Below are positions 43,512 to 54,962 of a stretch of DNA of 64,000 nt, piece by piece. A program made the translations under genes and the position numbers. Within the stretch, counting starts at the first letter, position 1. The number at the start of each line of letters is the position of its first letter. Origin of the DNA: an uncultured Chloroflexia bacterium (GTDB lineage Bacteria; Chloroflexota; Anaerolineae; CG2-30-64-16); assembly GCA_963774265.1 (NCBI GenBank), contig CAVZDU010000003.1:544001-608000 (forward strand), given 5' to 3'. The notes below the pieces were generated by a model. The model saw only the letters and a list, made by a program, of their open reading frames with translations, was not told where the DNA came from and ran no database searches.

Positions 43512-44225
43512 CTAGACCGAGATATCGCGCACGAGCGCGGGGAGTGCCCCGAGCCGCTCGATTTCGCGGAAGCGGGCAGAAAGAGCCGGCGGCATTTCGG
43601 CGTGTTCGTACGACCATAGGATGCGATGGGGAACAAACACGCCCCAGCCGCCCAGCCGCAGCACCGGTATGATGTCGGACTTGAGTGAATTTCCCACCAT
43701 CAGCACACGCGCCGGATCAAACCCGTGCTTGGCGAACAACTTCTCATACACTTCATCCGTTTTGTCGGTGACGATTTCGACGTATTGGAAATACTTCGCC
43801 AGCCCAGAGCGCTCCAGTTTGGATGCCTGGTGCCCCAGATCGCCCTTTGTGATGATCATGAGAGGGAACTCGGTCGCAAGCGCTGCAACCGCTTCCTCGA
43901 CGCCATCGAGCAGGTGGACCTCTGCCGCGAGCATGTCCTTTCCCGTCGCAAGCAGGGCCGCAACTTGATCTGAGGTCACCTGGCCGCGGCTGAGATGGAT
44001 AGCCCCTTCGATCATGGAAAGGACGAAGGCTTTCACGCCATAGCCATAGAGGGGCAGGTTGCGGATTTCCCTCTCGTGCAGTGCGGCGAGGGCGTCGTCA
44101 GAACCCGCATACGCGGCCATGAGCTGGCTGAAGCGCTCCTGAGCGGCCGCGTAGAGGTTCTCGCTGTGCCAGAGCGTGTCATCAGCGTCAAACGCAATGA
44201 GTTCGATAGCCTGCTTCTCGCTCAC
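43512..44225 (-). CDS. HAD-superfamily hydrolase
   Basis: FDADDTLW, ITKGD, MVGNSLKSDI; GTG start with GGAGG RBS. Confidence 0.9.
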   Translation of the reverse strand: MSEKQAIELIAFDADDTLWHSENLYAAAQERFSQLMAAYAGSDDALAALHEREIRNLPLYGYGVKAFVLSMIEGAIHLSRGQVTSDQVAALLATGKDMLAAEVHLLDGVEEAVAALATEFPLMIITKGDLGHQASKLERSGLAKYFQYVEIVTDKTDEVYEKLFAKHGFDPARVLMVGNSLKSDIIPVLRLGGWGVFVPHRILWSYEHAEMPPALSARFREIERLGALPALVRDISV

Positions 44226-44250
44226 GCTGGGTCCTCCCACATCTGGCAAC

Positions 44251-46082
44251 TCAACTGATCCAGATCGTGCCCGTGGTCCCGGTAATCTTCCAGACGCCAT
44301 CCTGGCGCTCCAGCACGTAGGTCTGCCCGCCGGCAGCCAGCATACCCACGTAGATGCTTGATGCGACCTGGACCGTGCCATCCGGCTGCGAGCGGACGTT
44401 GCCGACGGTGACGATCGCACCGTTGCCTTCAACGACGTTGTTCTCGCCGCGCGGTGCTTCGCCCGCGGTGGCGATCCACTTGAACTGGGATGGCAGGTCC
44501 GTGAGCGCCGCCACGACACCCTGCTGGACCGGCGCGGGTACGGAGCGAGCCGTGCTGGAGTAGGGGATCGCGCCTGTCTCGGTGTCATCCACGGCCAACA
44601 GATACACGGTCGCAAAGTTACCCTGACCACCGTAGGTGTCGTCAACCGTATAGACCTGCCGGACGACCGCCGCCAGGATGCCGGTCTCGTCGACGGGCGC
44701 TTCGCCGGTGGAGCCGGCTGGAGTGACGGGTCGCGTAAGCGTGGCATCGGCCGATACCCAACAGTGGCCCACCGTGCCATCCGGGCAGATCACGCGCCAC
44801 CACGTGCTGCCACGGTTCACGCCAGTGACGAGTGCCTGCTGTCCGGCCGCAATCTTTTCGATCACCTCGAACTCCTCGTTCGGTCCCTGGCGGAGGTTGA
44901 CCTCTGCGAGCGTGTCGATGGACTGCACCGGCGTCGCCTCAGCCCACTGTGCGAGCAAATCTGAGACGAACTGGACCAGGGCAGCCTTATCTGCCTCGGA
45001 CCCTTCGCCCGTGCCGCGGCCTGCGAGCAATCCGCGGACCGTCATCGCATCTGCCACGGCCGCATCCGTTTGCTCGAACTCCAATTGACCCAGTTGGTCG
45101 ATCCAACCGTAGAAAGTGGTCAGCTCCTCGCTCGTCAGCCGTCGCCAGCTCGGGGCCGTGTCTGTGGCGTCCTTGCAGGAACGCAACGTTGCATGCCCGC
45201 TCAGTTCAACGGTGAGGTCATCACAGAAACCAGCGATGCCGCCTTCCCGATGCCAGGCCAGACCATACCCCGCGACTCCCGGACCTGTCTTGACCTCCTG
45301 CGCAACGAGGTTTGCCCATTCGGCGATCATCCGTTGCTCGACGGGCGTTGCCTCGATGGGGCCTTTCCCGACAAAGGTCACCTTGCCGGCCGGCGTGCTT
45401 GCGCCGAAAGAGCTGTAGATCCGTTGCATATCCGTGAGTTGTTCCACCCGGTTGGCATCCCCCGGGAACTGGCCGGAAGCCATCTCCTCGCCGCACGCGC
45501 CGAACGTCACGCCGTTCAGATCGATGTGTGCATTGAAGCAACCACCCTCATCGCTCTGCAACCCGATTACCGGGATCGCGGCCGGCTGGTCCGTGCTCGG
45601 TACGGCGGGGGTCGCAGCATCACCCGTTCCCTCAGGGGCCAGTACAACCTGGCGGCCGGCCAGATCCGACCGGTATTCGTATTGTTTGCCGTTGGCTTCG
45701 AGGATGATTTGATAGCCTGGCACGATCGCATCGGTGCACATCATGCCTGGCGTCTCGATGCCCAGGCAGCCATTCGGCCAATCGACCTGTTCCACAGACA
45801 CCACGTGGATATCTTCGAGTTTTACGCCTAGCTCTTGGGCAAGCGCTTGCCGTGCGGCATCGACATGCGCGGCGTTGCCTGCCGGTGGCGCTTCTGTTGC
45901 GGGTGGAACGGGCGCCGGGGTGATCTCCCCCCCGGCGGTGAAGCGGTCTCGCCGGTCGCGGGTGCGCCGCCCAGGATGGGGGGGGGCAGGTTCGCGCAAG
46001 CCGACATCGCAACGGCTGCGACTATCAGGATGGATATCAACGCAGTGCGCGTGATGAGATGTTGCTTATGCATATCGGTCAT
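44251..46082 (-). CDS. Multidomain lipoprotein with SH3b-like domain; frameshift at a homopolymer near 45930
   Basis: MSAC lipobox, Pro/Thr linker, WPNGCLG..MCT..VPGY domain, VNLRQGP..WWRV..WVS SH3-like motif. Confidence 0.8.
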
Positions 46083-46109
46083 CCTCCTTCGGTTTGACAA
46101 CAATCGTTA

Positions 46110-46136
46110 AGACGCAACCGATACACCCTCAGTTCC
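46110..46136 (-). promoter_or_regulatory. Putative ECF-sigma promoter of the lipoprotein gene
   Basis: GGAAC-N17-CGTCT. Confidence 0.55.
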
Positions 46137-46143
46137 GCGAGTG

Positions 46144-47742
46144 TTACTTCTGGATTTCCACGATCACGCCTTCCTCCGCCCAGTCATAGAGCATCTTGGC
46201 GTTCTCGCTGCTGATCAGGATGCACCCGTACGTGACGCGTCGCCCCAGGTTTTTGGTCCAGAGCAACTGCCGCCGGTCGCGGCTCGGGAAGCCGTGAAAA
46301 CCGTTCATGAACTCCTGTCCGGGCACTGGTCGGTAGATGCCCATGAACCAGGGCATGTACAGGTCCCAGTTTGCGGCATAGGCCATTTCCTCGTGAGTTT
46401 GGACTTGGAATACGCCCGGCGACGTAGGGCTTGAGTCGATCCCGGTGCTGGCTTTCCAATCCCACTTGAGTTGGCCGTCTTCGAAGGCCTTCGTGGTTTG
46501 ATTTGTTATGCTGACGACGATGCGCTTGTCTTCGATGACAGGCAGTGGCGTCAATACATCAGGTGACGGAATTTTAATGTGATCACCGACCAGGAGCATG
46601 TCAGCACCCGGATTGGCCAGCATCAGATAGGGGTAGGGGAAACCGTAGTCATAAGCAATGCTCGAAAGCGTTTCACCGGACCGCACGACATGTTCGCGTT
46701 CGCCGTGGCTCACCGTCAGTTTGACCGCAACCTGCTGCTGCCGAAATGCATCGGCGAGAGCGGGTGCAGCGACGTCTGGGTCGACATAACGTTCATCGCC
46801 GAAGGTGGCATTACGGTTCGCCAGGTATTCGCGCACCCGCGTCTCATCCACTGACCACGCCAGATTCTTCTGACCCGTCTTTTCGTCCTGCCCCTCGCCG
46901 ATGCCCACCCAAAGGCCCATGTCCGCGGGTTGCACCGTCCACTCTACGCGCTCGTTGCGAATTGGGTCAAAAAGGTCGACGGTGATCGAGTCAGCTAGCA
47001 GGGGGGTGATCTCAGCGACAAGGCTGGAGACATCGCCGATGGCCGGCGATTGGTCGACGACCGGCAAAGTGAACCGGAGCGACAGGTTCTGCGACCGTGC
47101 CAGGGCCACCTCCCAGGGATGCGATTCGAGCGTGGTCAGCAGCGCACCCACATCCAGGACGCGACCGGTCTCCGCGGGCGTCGTCTGGACGTGGCCGTCG
47201 ACCACAGTGACTCCGGCGTTTCGCACCGGAATGTCGATCTGCCCCGCGAGGGTGCGAACGGTTTCGGTGGCCAGGTCGCGGTCGAAGTGCCAGGTGGGGG
47301 TGATTTCAGTTGGTTCGGTGTCGATCGCGAAGAGCCCCGAGGATGCCAGGATGCGCCGAGCCGTGGGCAGCAGCGAGCTGACGCCGGGCTCTCCGCGTCC
47401 CTGCTTGTATGCGTCTTCTGCCACAGCTTCGGCATCGAGGATCACGCCCACCTGCTCGGGTGACAGCGTCCAGCTTCGTTCACGACCTTCGAGGATGATC
47501 TTGCGGGTCTGCCATTCATCCCTGAGGATTTGGGCGGCCTCAGAACGGGTGCGCCCCCCAAGATCCTGGCCGAGGGCGCTGACGCCTGACAGAATCACCT
47601 CGCCCTGGTATATGTTGGCTAGTGAGAGAACCAACACAGCGATCAGCGCCAGGATCAGGAACCAGAAAATCACGAACACCCAGGGTGCGATGCTGCGGCG
47701 CGGCTGCTGGACCGATGGCGTGGATGTGTTTGTTGTACTCAT
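46144..47742 (-). CDS. L,D-transpeptidase (YkuD) with PG-binding-4 and LysM domains
   Basis: N-terminal TM helix; HVVRSGETLSSIA LysM; GFHG..TYGCI catalytic motif. Confidence 0.92.
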   Translation of the reverse strand: MSTTNTSTPSVQQPRRSIAPWVFVIFWFLILALIAVLVLSLANIYQGEVILSGVSALGQDLGGRTRSEAAQILRDEWQTRKIILEGRERSWTLSPEQVGVILDAEAVAEDAYKQGRGEPGVSSLLPTARRILASSGLFAIDTEPTEITPTWHFDRDLATETVRTLAGQIDIPVRNAGVTVVDGHVQTTPAETGRVLDVGALLTTLESHPWEVALARSQNLSLRFTLPVVDQSPAIGDVSSLVAEITPLLADSITVDLFDPIRNERVEWTVQPADMGLWVGIGEGQDEKTGQKNLAWSVDETRVREYLANRNATFGDERYVDPDVAAPALADAFRQQQVAVKLTVSHGEREHVVRSGETLSSIAYDYGFPYPYLMLANPGADMLLVGDHIKIPSPDVLTPLPVIEDKRIVVSITNQTTKAFEDGQLKWDWKASTGIDSSPTSPGVFQVQTHEEMAYAANWDLYMPWFMGIYRPVPGQEFMNGFHGFPSRDRRQLLWTKNLGRRVTYGCILISSENAKMLYDWAEEGVIVEIQK

Positions 47743-47885
47743 GGCGCCTACCACAAATGTGATGGGAATGGGAAACTACGCGCTGACAAGTTTGGCGCAG
47801 TATACCCTCATGACGCCGATCGCACAATATTTGCTCCACGCGCGTGACATAATTTTTGACGCGGTGTTTTCTGGTAATTGAAGGC

Positions 47886-47927
47886 AAAACGAAAAGGGGG
47901 ACATCGCGCAATCGCGCGATGCCCCCC
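47886..47927 (-). terminator. Intrinsic terminator after the DUF4332 gene
   Basis: 14-bp GC stem, 4-nt loop, then TTTTCGTTTT on the minus strand. Confidence 0.85.
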
Positions 47928-47955
47928 TGCTGGGCAAACGCCGTATAAGCTCGGA

Positions 47956-48360
47956 CTAGTGTGCCGATGTTGTGAGGTATTGGGCCCGCTTGACCCAGCC
48001 ATTCACCATAGCCGGCGCCGGGATGCGGCCCACAAGATTTTTCTCGTCGTTGACCTTGTTCAATCGCTCCCGAAGTTCATCAGGTGAGATACTGGCGAGA
48101 TCGCGGGCGCTATTCACGCCGACTTCCTCGAGTAATGCTATGTACGCGTCACCGATGCCGCGGATGCGCTCGAGGTCTGCACGGTGCGACATCTTGGCCA
48201 GGTAATTGCGGTCGACGCCAGTGACCTTGGCCAACTCGCTCAACTCGGTCGCGGATCCGCAAGCGGTCAATAAATCATCGGTGTATTTGATCCCGCGCGC
48301 TTTCAACTTCGTCTCAGCCTCGTCAACCATGCCAAAGAGCTTGTTCAGCATCATGCTCAT
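47956..48360 (-). CDS. DUF4332-family (HhH) protein
   Basis: LKARGI.TDDLL, ADLERIRGIG..Y..LLEEVGV; start approximate. Confidence 0.85.
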   Translation of the reverse strand: MSMMLNKLFGMVDEAETKLKARGIKYTDDLLTACGSATELSELAKVTGVDRNYLAKMSHRADLERIRGIGDAYIALLEEVGVNSARDLASISPDELRERLNKVNDEKNLVGRIPAPAMVNGWVKRAQYLTTSAH

Positions 48361-48587
48361 GGGATTATCCTCCTCCAGCCTGTCTTGATCGTATTTCACC
48401 GAGGATCAATAAAAACGTTTCTTTCTGGCAGTCTAGCCCTCAGGCCTTCATAACCGAATAATAGCGTGTCCGAATGAAACCGCGATGAAATCCATCACAA
48501 GATAAATTAACTTTCTTTCAGACGAAGCAACATAGCCAGCGTGATTCGGGGGAGGGGCGCGGGGAGCTCATCGATTCGTGAAGGCGC

Positions 48588-48623
48588 AAAAAACCCGCCG
48601 TCTCCAGCGACTGGGACGGCGGG
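48588..48623 (-). terminator. Intrinsic terminator ending the sugar operon
   Basis: CCCGCCGTC/GACGGCGGG stem followed by T6 on the minus strand. Confidence 0.85.
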
Positions 48624-48662
48624 ATCCATGTGGGCGCGAGCTGCAGGTGTCTGAGGTTCGCT

Positions 48663-49696
48663 TTATTCGCGCGTGAGATGACTCAGAATGAGCCAGTCCA
48701 ATTCCTCGTAGTCGCGAGCAGTGACGAGAGCTTGCACCTGGGCGCGATCGAGAGAGCGGCTCAGCTTCACCAGCTGCAGGAACATGGCCAGGGAGTTGCG
48801 AAGGTGCTTGGTAGCCAGCCCGGCCGGCTGGGTGCGCAGCGCCTTGACGTCCAGGCCCACCATGCCGACTTCCCAGAAGCGATTTTCGTCGAGCACGCGC
48901 ACCTGGTTAAAGGCCCGGCGGATGTCCACTGCACCAAACGAGCGGTCCTGATCGAACTTCAGGCCGTTCTGATCGTTGAGATGCACGCTCCATAGTTTGC
49001 CGAAGGCCATGGCAAACCCGATCTCGTCCGCCGGGTCCAGGCCGGCAAGAATAGAGTGCGCCGATTCCATTAGTACGCCGACACGCTTCGGTTCGCTGGC
49101 CAGCAGCCCTAAGGCAAGCGCATGACCCATCGTAGGGATGTAGGCGAGGTCCATCGGCTCGTTTGGTTTCGGCTCGATCGCGATGCGCAGATCCTTGTCA
49201 TAGGCCAACAGTCTGTTGATGGCGTCAAGCAGATAATGCGCCGATTGCCAACGTCTTTCGATTCGCGCATGTAGGTGCCTTCGCGCGCCAGCCACAGAAC
49301 CATGAGAGTGCAGCCCAGCTCGCGTGCGATATCGGCTGCTATCTTTGACCGGTCCAACGCGTACTTGCGTTCTGCAGGAGAGTTGGAAGTGAAGCCACCG
49401 TCGATCGTCCTGGGGCTCTCCCACAGGCGGGGCGCCACAAACTCGGCCACGAGTCCGTGGTCCTCCAGCATATGGCGCATCTGCGATGCGGTGCGGCCGA
49501 TCTGCGCGGGGGTCAGCTCATCCAGGTTCGGCACCGCGTCGTCATCGTGGAACTGCACCGCATCGAAGCCCAGCTCTTTGTAGAGAGGCAGCTTCTGGGC
49601 GAAGGTCAACGAGGGCCGTACTACCGGTCCAAACGGATCCGCGCCTTCATGGATGTTCCAGGGTCCGAAGGAGAATCGGTAGCCATATTTTTCCAT
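48663..49696 (-). CDS. Xylose-isomerase-family aldose/ketose isomerase; frameshift near 49250
   Basis: DPFG, FHDDD, WLAREG, IEPKPNEP, ESAH, HLND, FDQD. Confidence 0.88.
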
Positions 49697-49709
49697 GTAT
49701 TCCTCCACC

Positions 49710-50231
49710 CTATTTCTGCTGTCGCGGCAGCGGCGTGACATGACTCCAGATGTTGAACGCGAGGAGCGCAATGAGCACGAAGTCAAACCCGAGGTTGAAC
49801 ACCACGGGTGTCACCGGCTGAAACATCAGCACGACACCGCCCAAGATAGCCGCGATAATCGTCAGCGCCCCGACCATAAAGTGCCGCTGTTCGACCCGGC
49901 CACTGAGCGTACGCGATGTAAGGGCGATGATGAACCCGAACTCAACGATCGCGCCCAGAAATAGCGGAATCGCGACGGCCGCGGAGATTGGCATCTTCAG
50001 CGAGTTCACCACCACGACGGCGACGCCGATGGCCACCGCGAGGATGCCTCCTCTCATGGCAAGCTTGGATGTGCCGGGGTTTGTGCTGCGAGATACGAAA
50101 GCGACGACAAACCAGAAGGCCGCGAGCAAGGCCACGATGAGCGGGATAGCAATCTGAGAAGTCACAGTTCTTTGCTCCTCTTTCAACACCGCAGTTCCTT
50201 GCCGCGTGTCTGGTGTCTCAGGCACGCGCAA
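49710..50231 (-). CDS. Small integral membrane protein
   Basis: About 5 hydrophobic segments; lies within the operon; start uncertain. Confidence 0.7.
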   Translation of the reverse strand: MRVPETPDTRQGTAVLKEEQRTVTSQIAIPLIVALLAAFWFVVAFVSRSTNPGTSKLAMRGGILAVAIGVAVVVVNSLKMPISAAVAIPLFLGAIVEFGFIIALTSRTLSGRVEQRHFMVGALTIIAAILGGVVLMFQPVTPVVFNLGFDFVLIALLAFNIWSHVTPLPRQQK

Positions 50232-50240
50232 GGCTGGGGG

Positions 50241-51441
<1,201 letters not shown>

Positions 51442-51510
51442 CGATACTCTCCGTTGAAGTCTGGACAAACCAGGCTCATTGTGGAGCCTGGTTTGAATCG
51501 GCAAAAGCGT

Positions 51511-52525
51511 CTACTTCTTTGATGCAAACGCCGCGTCGAACGCGCACGTCGGACGGGGTGAGGTCCAGCCGGCGGCACATGCGCCAGCGCTTCAGGCGCA
51601 CCCTGATCGCGGTTCATGCCATTGTCTTCCCACTCGACCGAGAGCGGACCTGCGTAGCCGACATCGTTCAGCGCGCGGAAGATACGCTCGAACGGCACGC
51701 CGCCGCGGCCCGGCGAGACGAAGTCCCAGCCTCGACGGTGATCGCCAAGAGCAGGTGTGACGCCAAGATGCCATTGCGGCCGTTCAGCGTTGCGGACCGA
51801 CTCTTTGACGTGCATGTGGTAGATCCGATCGGCGTACTCATAGACGAACGCGACCGGGTCGACCATCTGCCAGTACAAGGTGGCTGGGATCGAAGTTGAA
51901 GCCGAAGGCCGGGCGATGCTCGATGGCTTCCAGCACCCTGCCGCGCCGTCCAGAAGTCGTAGGCGATCTCGGACGGATGCACTTCCAGCGCGAACTTGAC
52001 CCCGACCTCGTCGAACACGTCGAGGATGGGATTCCAGCGATCGGCGAAGTCCTGGTAGCCCGTTCTCGATCATCGCGGCGGCACCGGCGGGAACATGGCG
52101 ACGACCTGTGCCAGATCTTCGAGCCGGTGAAGCCGTTGACGACTTTCACGCCGAACTTGGCCGCAGCCCGGGCCGTGTTCTTGACCTCTTCGGCGGCGCG
52201 CTGGCGGACGCCTTCCGGGTCGCCATCGCCCCAGATGCGTGAGGGCAGGATGCTCTTGTGGCGCTCGTCGATCGGGTCGTCGCACACGCACTGGCCCGAC
52301 CAGGTGCGTGCTGATGGCGAAGCACTTCAGGCCGTGCTTGTCCAGGATGTCCCAGCGGCCGCTGGACATAGCTTATCGCTTTCCAGCGCCTTGTCCACTT
52401 CGAAGTGATCGCCCCAGCAGGCGATCTCGACGCCGTCGTAGCCGAAGGCCTTGGCTTTTGCGCAGACTGTGTCGAACGGTCAGGTCGGCCCACTGGCCGG
52501 TGAAGAGGGTGACGGGTCGTGGCAT
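51511..52525 (-). CDS. TIM-barrel sugar isomerase/lyase (AP_endonuc_2); several indels
   Basis: [49 protein letters not shown]. Confidence 0.85.
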
Positions 52526-52539
52526 CAGTTTTCCTCCTT

Positions 52540-53655
52540 TTAGGCTAGAGTGAACGCCGGAAGACGGACGATCTCGCCGCCCCGCAAGGCTGAATCATGG
52601 GCGCAAATGCCCGTACACGTCCAGTTCGCTGCCTCCGCGGCATTCGGGAACGGATCCCGGTCCTCCACGATGGCTGAGATGAACTCGTGCACCAGGTGGG
52701 GATGCGATCCGCCGTGCCCTGCACCCTGGATGAAGGACATGTGCGTCTCACCCTCCAGGTCATACACGCCTTTGGTCGTGAAGCGTTGGATGGGATCGGG
52801 CAACAGATGCGCGTAGTCGGGCACCGGGACGCGTTTGGCCTCTTCGCCGTAGTGAACCACCGGCTCTTCAGCCGCGATCTGCTGCCACTCGAAGCTGGCC
52901 TTGCTTCCGTACACATCGAAGCTTTCCACGTATTCGCGCGCCGTGTTGTACAGAGAGCGCGTGATCTCCGCATGGACATCGGAGTCCTTGAGCTTCATGT
53001 GGGTGGTTTCGACCGCAAAGGGTGAGCCGTAGTGGCGCGCGTATTTGTCGTCGACGCGGCCCGAACCCAGGCACGACACCCATTCGGTTCGCTTGCCTGT
53101 TAGCCCAAGCACCGGACCAACACAATGGGTCGCGTAGTGCATCGGGGGCATGCCCGGCCAGTAACTTGGCCAGCTCCCTGCTGCCATTTCCTGGTGATGC
53201 GCGGCGCGGACGAACTGGATGCGCCCCAGCTCGCCCTTGCTGACCAGTTCCTTGACAAAGAGGTACTCGCGCGTGAAGACGGTCGTCTCCATCATGTAGT
53301 ACTTCTTTCCCGACTGCTGTTGTGCCTCGACCACCAACCGGCATTCCTCGATCGTGCGCGCCATCGGCACGGTGGACGCAACGTGCTTGCCGGCCTTAAG
53401 CGCGTCGATGCTCATCCAGGCATGGTCGTCGATGGGGGAGTTGACGTGGACCGCATCGATCTCCGAATCGGCGATCATCTCAGCGAAGTCGGTGTACCGC
53501 TTTTGAATCCCGAACTTATCGCCGATCTCGGTGAGCTTCTCTGGATTGCGCTGGCAGATCGCGTACATGTTGGTGTTCGGATGGCGCTGGTAGATTGGGA
53601 TGAACTCCGCGCCGAACCCGAGCCCAACGATAGCGACGTTGATCTTGTTGGTCAT
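52540..53655 (-). CDS. Gfo/Idh/MocA oxidoreductase
   Basis: VGLGFG Rossmann motif, HVASTVPMA, MHYATH, GHGGSHPHL. Confidence 0.9.
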   Translation of the reverse strand: MTNKINVAIVGLGFGAEFIPIYQRHPNTNMYAICQRNPEKLTEIGDKFGIQKRYTDFAEMIADSEIDAVHVNSPIDDHAWMSIDALKAGKHVASTVPMARTIEECRLVVEAQQQSGKKYYMMETTVFTREYLFVKELVSKGELGRIQFVRAAHHQEMAAGSWPSYWPGMPPMHYATHCVGPVLGLTGKRTEWVSCLGSGRVDDKYARHYGSPFAVETTHMKLKDSDVHAEITRSLYNTAREYVESFDVYGSKASFEWQQIAAEEPVVHYGEEAKRVPVPDYAHLLPDPIQRFTTKGVYDLEGETHMSFIQGAGHGGSHPHLVHEFISAIVEDRDPFPNAAEAANWTCTGICAHDSALRGGEIVRLPAFTLA

Positions 53656-53684
53656 TGTGCATGCTCCTTTGCTCGAGAGTCAGG

Positions 53685-54002
53685 TCAAGGCTCCCGTAGC
53701 GGTACGATCGAGTCGAAGACCCGCGATGCCTTCCAGTTGCCCTCGAACTCGGCAACGAACTGGTCGTGCAGTGGATGCTTGTGATAGGTGTCATGGGCCG
53801 CCTTGTCCCTGTAGACGACATGCAGCCCAACGTCCCAATCGAGGTCATTGACGGAGCGAACGTGATCGGCTGCGCGGTCACCCACCCAGAAATGCAGGAT
53901 GCCGGGATGGCGGGAGAGATACTTCCAACAGCCGTCCATAAGCGCCTGCCGCGCGGCAGATGAGTTGTCGTGAAGAGCCCAGAAGACGTTGTGAATGATC
54001 AT
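53685..54002 (-). CDS. Dabb (dimeric alpha/beta barrel) protein
   Basis: HNVFW..WDVGLHV..HDTYHKHPLH..VFD. Confidence 0.85.
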   Translation of the reverse strand: MIIHNVFWALHDNSSAARQALMDGCWKYLSRHPGILHFWVGDRAADHVRSVNDLDWDVGLHVVYRDKAAHDTYHKHPLHDQFVAEFEGNWKASRVFDSIVPLREP

Positions 54003-54023
54003 CGTCCGCTCCCGTGCCTCGAA

Positions 54024-54872
54024 TCAAGCCATCAGCTTCTTCAGGAACCCCATGCCGTCGACCCCGAGGCTGTCGGCGCTATCGGCCAGCGGGCGCCACA
54101 CCGCGGCCGCGCGCGCGATTTCCTTCACCTCGGTGGAGAAGGACTCGATGACCAGAGCGCCGTTGTAGTTGATCTTCTTCAGTGCCGCGGCCACCTCATC
54201 CCACGCGACGTGGCCGGTGCCCGGCGTGCCGCGGTCATTTTCGTTGGCATGAATATGCCACAGCTTATCGCCGGCCAATTCGATGGCCTTGCCCAGGTGC
54301 TTTTCCTCGATGTTGGCGTGGAAGGTGTCCATCATCAGGCCGACGGCAGGGCTGCCGGTCAGATCGACCAGTTCAAGGGCCTGCTCGGTGAGGTTGATGA
54401 AGCTAGTCTCGAAGCGATTCAGTGGCTCGAGGGCGAGCTTGACGCCCTTGCTCTCTGCGTAGTCGGCGGCAACGCGCAGGTTCTTCGCGGTGCGCGCGAG
54501 GTCTTCCCTGCGCATCTGTGGTGTCTGCTGCCATTGGCGACCAACAGCGGAGTAGAGCGGACCGGCGACAAGCTTGCTGCCAAACGCGGCCGCGGCGTCG
54601 GTAAGGTGTCTCAGATAGTCGATGCCCGCCTGCTGAATCGCCTGGTCCGGATGGGATGGATCGCGGCTGGCGCCCATTACTGCGCAGATGCTCGCAGCCA
54701 GCCCGGTCCGTTTGTAGGCCTCGGCGGTCTTGTCGAAGTCCACATCGCCGATGCTCTCGATCGGGATTTCGAACAGGTCAAAGCCGAGGGCCTTAGCATG
54801 GTCCAGGAAGTGTAGATCCTTCGTCTGGAACGGCGACGCCCACACGAAACTATTGATGCCGTACTGGATCAT
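54024..54872 (-). CDS. D-psicose/D-tagatose/L-ribulose 3-epimerase family protein
   Basis: LEPLNRFET, DTFHANIEE, HANENDRG.PG.G, IESF. Confidence 0.9.
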   Translation of the reverse strand: MIQYGINSFVWASPFQTKDLHFLDHAKALGFDLFEIPIESIGDVDFDKTAEAYKRTGLAASICAVMGASRDPSHPDQAIQQAGIDYLRHLTDAAAAFGSKLVAGPLYSAVGRQWQQTPQMRREDLARTAKNLRVAADYAESKGVKLALEPLNRFETSFINLTEQALELVDLTGSPAVGLMMDTFHANIEEKHLGKAIELAGDKLWHIHANENDRGTPGTGHVAWDEVAAALKKINYNGALVIESFSTEVKEIARAAAVWRPLADSADSLGVDGMGFLKKLMA

Positions 54873-54901
54873 TCGTTGATCTCCTTATCGGACGCCTGTC
54901 C

Positions 54902-54941
54902 GGGGCGACCTTCATAGGGCGACCACAAGGGTCGCCCGTAC
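54902..54941. repeat. REP-like palindrome
   Basis: GGGCGACCACAAGGGTCGCCCGTAC preceded by a partial GGGGCGACC copy; intergenic. Confidence 0.6.
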
Positions 54942-54962
54942 GCGATCGTCCGGGCACGCGCG

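Noticed and set aside
43512-44780. 422-aa extended HAD ORF
   Set aside because: The upstream part overlaps the lipoprotein gene in another frame; the likely start is GTG 44225 with an RBS
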